Below, in pieces: positions 12,101 through 24,028 of a DNA stretch of 64,000 nt. The stretch is from positions 33,727,504 through 33,791,503 of the forward strand of contig OZ037765.1 in NCBI GenBank assembly GCA_964035545.1, in the 5' to 3' direction. Positions within the stretch are counted from its first letter, which is position 1, and every line of letters starts with the position of its first letter. This DNA is from Bugula neritina (lineage: Eukaryota; Animalia; Bryozoa). The position numbers and the translations under genes were made by a program. Below the pieces are notes generated by a model. That model saw only the letters and a list, made by a program, of their open reading frames with translations, was not told the origin of the DNA and ran no database searches.

Positions 12101-13948
12101 ACAGACCTTGGCTCTGGTTGGTAGTAGTGGATGTGGTAAGAGTACAACAGTTCAACTGATAGAGAGATTCTATGATGCTGATGGAGGTGAAGTGGTAAGT
12201 TTAATTCGTAGTTGTCTTCTCTTTTATATTTAACTGTTTCTATTACTCTAGCAGCTTCTATAGACTGAGTGTTTATATTTGTAGAAAGTTGGGGACCGTG
12301 ATGTGAAGAACCTGAACGTAGCATGGCTGCGTACACAGATTGGTCTGGTCTCCCAGGAACCTATTCTATTTGACAGAAGTATAGCTGAGAATATCAAGTA
12401 TGGAGCCAACCACAGAGAAGTGACAATGGATGAAGTTATTCAAGCTGCTACTAAAGCCAACATTCATCAGTTTATATCTGACCTGCCACTAGTGAGTGCT
12501 TGTGTACTCTACCCTCATATGGGCAGACAACTTCAAGTTATTCCTTAGAATAATATTCACACTATGTAGCCCCTGAATCGTGTATTTGCAGGGCTACGAG
12601 ACTCGGGTGGGTGACAAGGGAACCCAACTAAGTGGAGGACAGAAGCAGAGAGTTGCCATAGCTAGAGCAATGGTCAGAAACCCGACTATTCTGCTGTTAG
12701 ATGAAGCCACGTCTGCGTTAGACTCTGAAAGTGAAACTGTAAGTTGAAAGTGTGGAAAAGAAAAAGTTTGTTTGTGACGAACAATTTCTGAGGATTGATT
12801 GGGTCATTTTACTTCATTTAGTCCACATCAGCAACTTGTGACCACAAATTCAAGTTTGCTCAAAATTTATTAAAATTTAATATATGGAGGAGTAATTTTA
12901 TACGATGGTTCTAGCTATGCATTGCAAAAAAGGCTGAGGGGCTTCTGTAACATTAAAGCGCAACACCATTGTCATATTAGCTACATATATATGTGCGGAC
13001 TCTGATGAACAAACCATCACGCTCTGCACATACCAATTTACTAAAAATTTGAGAAAAAATATAGGAAGTCCAGCAACATTTGAAAAAAAATCTTGATTAT
13101 TCAGCTGTATTTGTTGATAGTCTATTAGTTTACTGCAAGAAACTATATACGTTAGCGGCTCAACTGTGAGAAATATCTGAAGACTAGAAATATCGTGTAC
13201 ACTAAATTAAATTGAATAACCCGATTATTTTTCAGGCTGGTTGAGGAATTCATTTTTCTTCAAGTGTAGCTCTACAGCGCTAAATGAGTAGAGTTTATCC
13301 AAATCAGCTCTTTCACTTCTCTCATGTTGTGTTCTGTGAACGGAATAAGGGGTATTTTGCTAGACACTTCCACCCCCCCCATGTGTTTCATCGTTGAGAA
13401 ATGGTTCTGAGGCTGGCTATACTGATTTCAGTTCTCACAGTCTAATAACTGGTGATAGCAGAAGCAGATTGGCTTTCAAGGAAGTTGCTGGTTTATTTTT
13501 TAGTGTTTGGCCGGTTTTACCAGTAAATTTTATTGGCCAGTGAACTCAAAAAAGAGCTTTCAGTTGTTCTACAATGTTGTTTGTGTCACATGACAAGGGA
13601 TTAAAATACTCAACTAGAATCCCTTTGACTTCAGTTTCATGTTGCTTTTCTCTATGATACTTTTTAACTGTACTTCAATTGTGTAGCTCAATTTGTGCTA
13701 CAACAAGTCAGCCAATTTGCTAAGACCTCTGATATTGTACTTGGCAGGTGGTACAGGAAGCGCTAGACAATGCTAGTAAAGGGAGGACAACTGTGGTTAT
13801 AGCTCATAGATTATCTACTGTGAGAAATGCTGACAAGATAGCTGTGATAAGACATGGTCATGTGACAGAGATGGGTACACATGATGAGTTGATAGCTAAG
13901 AAAGGGTTCTACTATAAACTCTACAACATTCAGAAAGTCCGGCAATAG
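105..13948 (+). CDS. ABCB1: ABCB1/P-glycoprotein-like full ABC transporter, paralogue A (multi-exon; start codon upstream of window)
   Basis: Phase-compatible GT-AG exons, approx. 105-220, 554-810, 1137-1252, 1576-1747, 2054-2225, 3680-3804, 4438-4630, 5017-5130, 6981-7091, 7197-7322, 7410-7613, 7737-7907, 8213-8426, 9618-9768, 9972-10118, 10213-10479, 10619-10822, 11035-11136, 11451-11610, 11717-11873, 11997-12194, 12285-12491, 12592-12738, 13748-13948. TMD-NBD-TMD-NBD layout with [33 protein letters not shown] and IAHRL in both NBDs, plus Pgp motifs [36 protein letters not shown]. Confidence 0.95.
1245..1543 (+). repeat. 41-bp minisatellite (~7 copies) that includes the exon end and splice donor
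   Basis: Unit GTCAGTATTATGACATCACTCTGTGTATATATCTTATATAG; TTATATAG|GTCAGT matches the real junction at 1252/1253. Confidence 0.95.
1763..2036 (+). repeat. (CTA/GTA)n intronic microsatellite, homologous in all three ABCB1 paralogues (also ~23985-24110 and ~36511-36670)
   Basis: Each copy follows the same donor GTGAGTGAGACCAC(A/G)GTACTTCTAGTA; lengths differ. Confidence 0.9.
2222..2330 (+). repeat. 17-bp minisatellite (~6 copies) starting at a splice donor
   Basis: Unit CTACGTATTCCTACTCA; exon ends GACTAC|GTACGT at 2225. Confidence 0.85.
5146..6875 (+). repeat. 8-bp satellite (TTACTATR)n, ~1.7 kb, intronic
   Basis: Alternating TTACTATG/TTACTATA units starting about 15 nt after the donor at 5131. 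Confidence 0.97.
9405..9595 (+). repeat. 14-bp minisatellite (TCAGTGTCTACGTA-like) next to a splice acceptor
   Basis: Tandem units that degenerate towards the 5' side; acceptor at 9617. Confidence 0.85.
10838..11001 (+). repeat. 18-bp minisatellite (CACGTGTTACTCTCTGT-like) filling most of an intron
   Basis: About 9 tandem units between donor 10823 and acceptor ~11034. Confidence 0.9.
11266..11428 (+). repeat. 27-bp minisatellite (~6 copies) next to an acceptor
   Basis: Unit CATGGTAGTATTAGCACTGTCAGTGTA. Confidence 0.9.
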
Positions 13949-15041
13949 GCTCATTTTAAAGGATTTTAACTAGTCACATATTTTCACTTCTTCTCTACTA
14001 GTCTGTTTTTATTCGTATATTTGTGGAATATTTTATTTCCCTTTTGTACAGCAACGAATTCTTAGGCAGTATTTTATAACTGTTAAATAGAATTTTGATC
14101 ATCTAACCTTATTACTGTTGACAGGTTTTTATTATGACATAATATGCCTTATATATCTCATTTTACTCATTATATTCTACTAGTCAATTGGTCATAGAGT
14201 TGCTGCTGCCCAACCACACCAGGTTTTGTATTGCATGTGATGTTTAGTATTTCCATTGTATCGTATTTTTTGTTAATATGTTGGCTTATATTGCATACTT
14301 TATTATTTTACAATAGTATGCCTTACTTATCAGTATATAGGTATCAGTACATATTGTACACATCGCAGTTTACTGTCGAGTGTTGATAAACCATGTAAAA
14401 TTTCTCAAAGGTAGTTATTCTAATTTATGCTAGTAAAGAGAAATCTGGGTTAAATCTCCGTGTCCAGGAACAGCTGAGTTGACTGAAGATGGTGAGCCGT
14501 GAGCTCTCTCTAAGCGCAGTCTGAAGAGAAAAATAAATTTGGAATATTACTTATCAGTTGTCCTACCTGTCCACAGGTACATTTTGAACAGTGGGCTTAT
14601 TTCAATCTGTGACTTATTTAAAGCAGATTAGAAATGGCGTTGCAAGGCTTACTTTCTGCCATAAGCACTACTAGTACAGGATGAACAATTACAACATAAT
14701 ATATAACTACACAGATACATGATTATGATTTACTGAGCAATGTATTGACATAAAGCCAGGTTGTTACCTGGACTTAGGGGAACAGTAACCAAGCGAGACA
14801 CAATATCATATTTTACTGAAATGTTACAATGAATTACAGCATACAAATGCTTTGCCTATAAAAGTAGCAAAATATAAATCGGCAGAATAGAATCCTTCAT
14901 GCTATCCATCATGAGTAGTCTTTAAAGAACATTGCTGTAGAAAAGCTGGTCATATGGCAAACTTGTAGGAAGTATTTTTTAGAATGCGTAGACATTTGGC
15001 ATTCTGGCTAAGAGTTGTCATATCAACATATTTGTTGTTCA

Positions 15042-18000
15042 CTACTGCTGCAGCTTCTGAATGTTGTAGAGTTTATAGTAGAACCCTTTCCTAGCTATCA
15101 ACTCATCATGTGTACCCATCTCTGTCACATGACCATGTCTTATCACAGCTATCTTGTCAGCATTTCTCACAGTAGATAATCTATGAGCTATAACCACAGT
15201 TGTCCTCCCTTTACTAGCATTGTCTAGCGCTTCCTGTACCACAGCCTCACTTTCAGAGTCTAACGCAGACGTGGCTTCATCTAACAGCAGAATAGTCGGG
15301 TTTCTAACCATTGCTCTAGCTATGGCAACTCTCTGCTTCTGTCCTCCACTTAGTTGGGTTCCCTTGTCACCCACCCGAGTCTCATAGCCCTGCAAATACA
15401 CAATTTAGAGGCTACATAATGTGAATATTATACTAAGGAATAACTTGAAGTTGTCTGCCCATATGAGGGTAGAGTACACATGTACTCACTAGTGGCAGGT
15501 CAGATATAAACTGATGAATGTTGGCTTTAGTAGCAGCTTGAATAACTTCATCCATTGTCACTTCTCTGTGGTTGGCTCCATACTTGATATTCTCAGCTAT
15601 ACTTCTGTCAAATAGAATAGGTTCCTGGGAGACCAGACCAATCTGTGTACGCAGCCACGCTACGTTCAGGTTCTTCACATCACGGTCCCCAACTTTCTAC
15701 AAATACAAACACTCAGTCTATAGAAGCTGCTAGAGTAATAGAAACAGTTAAATATAAAAGAGAAGACAACTACGAATTAAACTTACCACTTCACCTCCAT
15801 CAGCATCATAGAATCTCTCTATCAGTTGAACTGTTGTACTCTTACCACATCCACTACTACCAACCAGAGCCAAGGTCTGTCCAGGTTCAACACTAACACA
15901 GAGTTGTTTCAACACTTTAACTGTTGGTCTTGTAGGATAGTGAAACACGGCATCCTTGAACTCAATGCTGGCATTATAGTTCTCCTGTAACATCATCACT
16001 ACATCTGCAGCTCCACACTAAATGGTTGCTAATTACTTTCTATTTGTTACTAAATATAGTGAGCTGGGAGTAAACAGACAGACACACAGACAGACACACA
16101 GACAGACTAAAGTATTACATGTATAATAAAGATTCTCATCACAACTCAACCGATAGAGTCCCTTGTAGACAAACAGACATACAGAGGGAGACACACAGAC
16201 AGACAGAGAGGAAGTTACTCACCAGTTTTTGTCCTTCTTCAGAATAAGAATCAATCTCGGGCTGGCTGTTGAGCAGATGTTTTACATACGCTGCTGCTGC
16301 CGCCCCGGCACTGAAATCCGGAGCAAAGGATGTGATTTGGCCGAGAGACATGGCGCCAAACACGACTGCAGAAAACGCCCTGAAACAACACAACAACATG
16401 GAGGGTGTGGCTGTATAAAACAGCACGAGGCACGTGGCTGCCTCACTTGATATGTTGAGGAGTTTTATATGACCTCTAGTCTCATTGCATTCTCAGCAAA
16501 CTCAAAGTTAATGTAGATGTCTGTGTCTCTCCAAGTGAATGACTACATAACTGACAGCACAGCACAGCAGCATCTGCTTGCTAGTAGATAGTCAATCAGT
16601 TTAGCATTAAATCTATAGTGTTATTATCTTGTACATACATCATCATGGGTTCAAAGGTCAGAGGTTGCGGGTTCCTGTCCGTCTCGTCGGAGATGAGCCA
16701 GGCTCCCATGTAGAACACAGCACCGTAAGTGAAGAATGTCACGGCTTGAGACAAACCGTAAGCGAATCCCATTCCGTGAGACATCTTTACTTCTCTTCTG
16801 GAAAAGAAAGAATTTATTGGATACAGTTGTTATTGTAGCGTGAAGCAAACAGAACTCCCTTCTCACTTTCCATCTCCCAATAGAGAAGATGGTACAGTCT
16901 GGAGTGAACACTGTACCATCCTACACTCAGTCCACAAAGTGGTACACGATACAGTAGTATAGCACTTAGCAGAGGCTCAACATAACAACTACATACTTTA
17001 AGGGCTGTTCCTCGAGCCCTTCATACTTCTCATAGAAGAGCTGCTCTTTCCCCAAACTCTGCACCGTCCTGATGCTGGATATTGACTCAGACGCAATCTG
17101 CAACATATCAGCCGTAGCATTTTATCACCTGACATACGATGTCACTATGACACCATGCATAGGATGTCACTATGACACTATGCATATGATGTCACTATGA
17201 AACTATGCATAGGATGTCACAATGACACTATGAATATGATGTCACTATGACACTATGCATACGATGTCACTATGACACTATGAATACGATGTCACTATGA
17301 CACTATGCATAGGATGTCACTATAACACTATGAATACGATGTCACTATGACACTATGAATACGATGTCACTATGACACTATGAATATGATGTCACTATGT
17401 CACTATGCATACGATGTCACTATGACACTATGAATACGATGTCACTATGACACTATGAATACGATGTCACTATGACACTATGAATATGATGTCACTATGT
17501 CACTATGCATACGATGTCGCTATGACACTATGAATACGATGTCACTATGACACTATGCATAGGATGTCACTATGCATACGATGTCACTATGACACTATGC
17601 ATAGGATGTCACTATGACACTATGCATACGATGTCACTATGACACTATGAATACGATGTCACTATGACACTATGCATAGGATGTCACTATGCATACGATG
17701 TCACTATGACACTATGCATAGGATGTCACTATGCATACGATGTCACTATGACACTATGCATAGGATGTCACTATGACGCTATGCATACGATGTCACTATG
17801 ACACTATGAATACGATGTCACTATGACACTATGAATATGATGTCACTATGTCACTATGCATACGATGTCACTATGACACTATGAATACGATGTCACTATG
17901 ACACTATGCATAGGATGTCACTATGACACAATGCATAAATACATACCTTCACTGCCTCCTCAAATAGACCCTTTTTCTTGGAACCTGCCCCGGAAAAGAA

Positions 18001-21000
18001 CTTGAGCTCTATGTAGCCTCCCGCTGCCACAAATGGAACAAAGGCTAAGGCTGTTAGAGTGAGCACCCAGCTGTACACAAAGGCAATGGCGATTCCAACT
18101 CCAAGATTAGTCAGAGCATTCATCATGGCTCCCAGCTGTGGACCAGTAGCCTAGGCAATACAACACTAGTGCATGTACCTGATACATGCAAAGTAGCTCT
18201 TATCTAACCACAAAGGTATCATACACTTGTTAATATTGCTCTACTAAGCAGCTATCAAGCGTGGGTCAAGATTTAAAACCCTTTTAGGAGTTACTTACCC
18301 CTTGAATAGCAGCCGTCTCTGTAGCTAGTCTGGCTGTCAACGCTCCAGTGTTGTTCTTCGGGTCATCAAAGTACTTTATGTCTTGTCTGAGAACAGCCCG
18401 AAAGGACTGCTTCCGAAGTCTCTCCGTGAGCCGTTCTCCGGCAATAGAGAAAAGGAGTCGTGAGATGGTGGTGGCGAGGAAGATGGCAAAGGCAATGGCA
18501 ACAAACATAAGAGAGTAGAAGTTGGCAGTTTCTCTCATTTTCTTGTCATCACAAGATATGAAACCCTGGTAAGAATAATATTGTCACAACGATACTGATG
18601 TTACTGTGGTGTCGCAATCATACTGTTGGTACCACAGCGTCACATTCATACTGATAATACTGTAGCGTTACAGTGATACCAGTAGTACTGTAGCGTCACA
18701 ACCGTACTAGTAGTACTGTACCACTTACTGAGAGTATTTTGGTAAAGACGACAGCAAAGGCTGGTTGAGCCCCGCCCTCCACCACACAGCCAATACAACC
18801 AAAGAAAACCAGATACCATTCCGGAGAGTTCCAGCTTAGTACTTCCAGGAATGGTAGAGGCTGCAGTTCTTCGTCCTACAAATATTAAGAAGACGGTGTA
18901 AAGAAATACTGGAGATATATAGAGAGATACTGGAGATGTATAGAGAGATACTGGAGTTGTATAGAGAGATACTGGAAATGTATAGAGAGATACTGAAGGT
19001 GTATAGAGAGATACTAGAGATGTATAGAGAAATACTGGAGATGTATAGAGAGATACTGGAAATGTATAGAGAGATACTGAAGGTGTATAGAGAGATACTA
19101 GAGATGTATAGAGAAATACTGGAGATGTATAGAGAGATACTGGAGTTGTATAGAGAGATACTGGAAATGTATAGAGAGATACTGAAGGTGTATAGAGAGA
19201 TACTAGAGATGTATAGAGAAATACTGGAGATGTATAGAGAGATACTGAAGGTGTATAGAGAGATACTGGAGATGTATAGAGAGATACTGAAGGTGTATAG
19301 AGAGATACTGGAGATGTATAGAGAGATACTGTAGATGTATAGAGAGATACTGGAGATGTATAGAGAAACGTGAACAACAAAATTACAGCTAGCAATTCTC
19401 AACAACCTGAAAACACCTATACACTTGATTATTGATTTTGAGTTCAACTTAATTAATCTTTATTCAAAAATATGCATTCAACTGAATCAGTATAACAAGT
19501 GGTGTCCAAGTCTGTATACTGACTAACATTATACTCTATACTAACATTATACAGTATATACTAATACTATACTGTATACTAATACTATACTGTATATACT
19601 AATACTATACAGTATATACTAATACTATACTGTATACTAATACTATACTGTATACTAATACTATACTGTATATACTAATACTATACTGTATACTAATACT
19701 ATACTGTATATACTAATACTATACTGTATACTAATACTATACTGTATACTAATACTATACTGTATATACTAATACTATACTGTATACTAATACTATACTG
19801 TATATACTAATACTATACTGTATACTAATACTATACAGTATACTAATACTATACTGTATACTAATACTATACTGTAAATGGTGTACTAATACTATACAGT
19901 ATATACTAATTACTAATACTATACAGTATATACTAATACCATACAGTATACTAATACTATACAGTATACTAATACTAACTCACTTCATCAGCTACTCCTG
20001 TCTTTGTATCCGGGACATGATGACGTTCAGATGTGGTGGAAACAGGTCGGTCTGCCGTGTCCCTGTGGCCACCAGATGTCACTCTAAGTATTTCCTCTTC
20101 CAACTCATCATCTTCGTCTACGATACACGGAGAAATGTTGTATAGATTAGATATAACTTGTCAGCTAACTCATGTACTCACAACAGGAATAGCACATTTC
20201 ACACTATTTACATGAATCATCTCTCCATGAAATGAACTTCAAACTTAAAAAACACTAAATAAAGTATTTTGTAGAGAAAATAAATAGAGGAAATAGCAAA
20301 AGCTTTCAGATGCTAATTGCTTTGATGTGATTTTCACAGAGCTACTACGAATCTGCAGGGTGTATAAATTACAGTATCGCAATATCAACACATGATATTA
20401 TCAACTAATAACACTTCTTCATTTCAAAACACATTTTCCCTTGAGAGACCCTTCAAGAAACTAGAGCTAGATTCACCTTCACTCTCTGAATCCTGGAAGT
20501 CATGTGATGCGTCTGCGTGTTTGGACTCTTTCTTAGCCTGTTTCTTCACCAGACCTGCGTAAACTCCGTCCAGTGCCATCAGCTCTCCGTGAGTTCCCTT
20601 CTCCACAGCCACGCCTTCTTTCAGTGCTACGATGACGTCTGCATTCTGTATCGTTGTTAGTCTGTGTGCAATGACAATAGTAGTCCTACCATGACTCGCC
20701 TGAAATATTACAGTTTGTAGTGAAATACTCGTTGTGAGCAGTAGGAATGGCTGTTTCAGTTTGAAAAAATCACGTGTGGCAGAGCAACAGCAGCAGTACT
20801 TGGACATCTTGTGGTATTGCAGTGCTAGTGCTATTACTCAAAATAAAGTTAAATGACTGAAAAGAATAAAAACTTTCAATTATATTATTAGTTTTATACG
20901 CAATGTGTAAAATATAGCCTAAATGGCTCTAAATATTAACAAGATGTATCTCTATTAGATGTAGCCAATCTAGATTATTAAAAAAGTTCTAGAATACAAT

Positions 21001-23993
21001 CTATGCAATTTGTTACAGCGATAAAATATTCAGGGGCCTTGGATTATTACAGCACAATGCAGCGCAGTGGAGTACAATGTCATCAATACAATGTCATGGT
21101 TGAATAACTCGGTCATTCACTCGATATTCAAAGGTAAAACTTGAATAAAAAATTAATATTGATTGTTGGGTATTCACACTTGATTAACTCATTCATAAAT
21201 AGCATTGTTAGTCAGTGGCAGAAATAAGGACGGCATGAATGTGAGACGTGACTGACCGATATCAAATGTTTTGCTGTAGGAATCCAATATCTTACCTTTT
21301 CCAGAGCTTCCTGTACAGTTTTCTCACTCTCAGTGTCAAGAGCAGACGTAGCCTCGTCTAGTAGAAGTACTTTAGGGGAGTTCACCAACGCCCTCGCAAT
21401 GGCTATTCTCTGTTTTTGACCTCCGCTAAGCTGAGCTCCTCTTTGACCAACCAGAGTTTCATATTTCTAGAATAATTCAGAGTAACACAGCATAACATAT
21501 CGATATTTCATTATTACAATATTACATTATATTACAATATTGTATTATATTATTACAGTATTATATTACAATAACACACTATATTATGTATATCACACAA
21601 CATATAAAAGCTGACAGACTCACGTCTGGCAAATTTTCTATAAAGGAATGTGCGTTGGCCTCCTTTGCAGCTTTAATAATCTCGTCATACGTAACGTCAT
21701 CTCTACCGTATCTGATGTTCTCAGCAATAGTTGTAGCAAACAGAACTGGTTCCTGACTCACTATACCAACTTGATTTCTTAGAAAACGTACATTTAAATC
21801 CTTTACGTTGTGTCCGTTAATTAGAACCTGTAAAATAATATATTATATATTTGAAATAAATAACATTTACTATTCAAATAAATAATTTAAACTGAATAAC
21901 CTTGACCCACTCACCTCTCCTTCCGCTGCATCATAAAACCTCTGTATCAGTTGAACTGTTGTACTCTTACCACATCCACTACTACCAACCAGAGCCACAG
22001 TTTTACCAACTTCTACCTCCAGATTCAGTCCTTGCAGCACCTTCAAACAGACACAATTATTCACCTCACATAGTAGTCACTCAGTCTACTCCACACTCTC
22101 ACTCTATCTCACACAGAACTAAGGCTAAGGAAACACTCGGTTCACCTTGACATCAGGTCGGGAGGGGTACTGGAAGTGAACATTTTTAAACTCTACTTGT
22201 CCCGTGATGTCTTCAGGTTTATCTCCTTCTGGTGACTCAGTATCAATTTCAGGGACCTGTAAGACATCAAGTATATAATATTGTTAAACTATATTATAAT
22301 ATAATATATGATTAAAATAATGTATATAATATATATAGGTAAACTAATGTATATAATATATTATATTATTAAACTAATGTATAGAAACAGTAAAACATCA
22401 GCAATGTGCATGAATAGTTTATAGTAATGAAATTAATACCTATTCATCAAATGAATAAAAACAAAACGTATAGAAAAGTAAGGTAATAGAAATCAATAAT
22501 GTAATACAACTGCAAGTTTCACAACTCTTTCTATCCATTAAAATGCAAAAATGGTAACTTCATCAGTTTAACCAGCTGAGTTGGCCGTGTCATATCTCAA
22601 AGTGTTATATACATATAGTATACACATATAGAGTATATATATAGTACGGCATAGTATACATATATAGTACACATATAGAGTATACACAGTATACATATAG
22701 AGTATACATATATAGTATACATATTATACACATAGTATACACATAGTATACATAGTATACATATATAGAGTAGGTAGATTAGGGCTGACTGACCCGGTCT
22801 ATCAGATTGAATATGTAGTACGCAGCAGCCCTGGCCTCAGCAAACTTAGTAATGGCAGGTCCAGCCTGTCCAAAGGTGAAAGAGCCAATCAGAACAGTGA
22901 AAAACACCTGGAATGAGACAATGTACTCGAGTGAGGCCCAGGTGAGGCACGAATAAGGGGCAATACAAGGATTACACGCTGCTAGAGCTAACTCACGATG
23001 AGCATGTTCCCGACAGTGAAATCTTTGTGAAGATGAGGCAGGAAGTCTCCCAGCACAATGGCTGAACCAAACCAGAAGCCGAGAGCGAACGACAGATAAA
23101 CTACGAACAGCAGGAAGCCGATGGCAGCGCCAGCAATGGCTCCTTTCCTGATACCAAGTTTCTTGGCCTTGACGAGGTTAGCATTGAACCTGTCACACTC
23201 TTTATTCTGTCCACCAAATGCAATGACAGTTCTGACTGCAGATAACACTTCCTCTGCCACTCCGCCCGCTTCTGCATATGCCTTCTGCATTTCGGCTGCA
23301 CTACTCTTTGTCACCTGAAAGTTACAGCTAAATGACACCACCATGTGTTTCCTGTCCGTAACTCAATGCTCTTCACAGAAGAAACAATTTCAGTATTATT
23401 AAAGCTGAAAGTTGACCGAAGTCATCGCATAATCTCTGAAATTCTGTTTGAAGTTAAGCAAGAAATAATTTGCCAGTCAATTTATTAAAATGACCGCCAT
23501 TTAAAATAATCCTTAGGACGCTATGAAACTGGATGTGTATGAAAACTGGAGTTGATATTAATATCAGTGCTCTTACAGAGTGGTTTTGCTAATCAACAGA
23601 AAATATTCACCCCATTCAACACTGCGGCAGCAAATGCTATCAGCGGACTCGATGCCAGGATAGCCAGGGTCAGCAGCCACCCATAGACAAAGCCTATGAC
23701 AAGGGAGCTCACAGTCTGTGCGCAGACGTGTATCAGAAGGCCGATTTTCTCCCCTATTCCATTCTCTATCTGATCAATGTCTCTAGGAAAATGAAACGAG
23801 AAACTTTAAATCTTGTTCATCAATTTACCAGATAAACTTTTATGTTAAATAAAACAATATGTTAAGGAATTGATGAATAAGTAAGTAAATAGAAGCTATT
23901 AGATGGGTGGACAAGAGTAAGTAAAATTGATCGACTGAGAGAAATGGTCAGGTTATGTAGTAATAGAGTTACCAGTATCACTATTACTAGAAC

Positions 23994-24028
<35 letters not shown>

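Noticed and set aside
12770-13590. Transposon or introner origin for the A-specific last intron
   Set aside because: Only a weak TGTGAC...GTCACA terminal match and a lone TTAAAG end; no TSD at the splice junctions.
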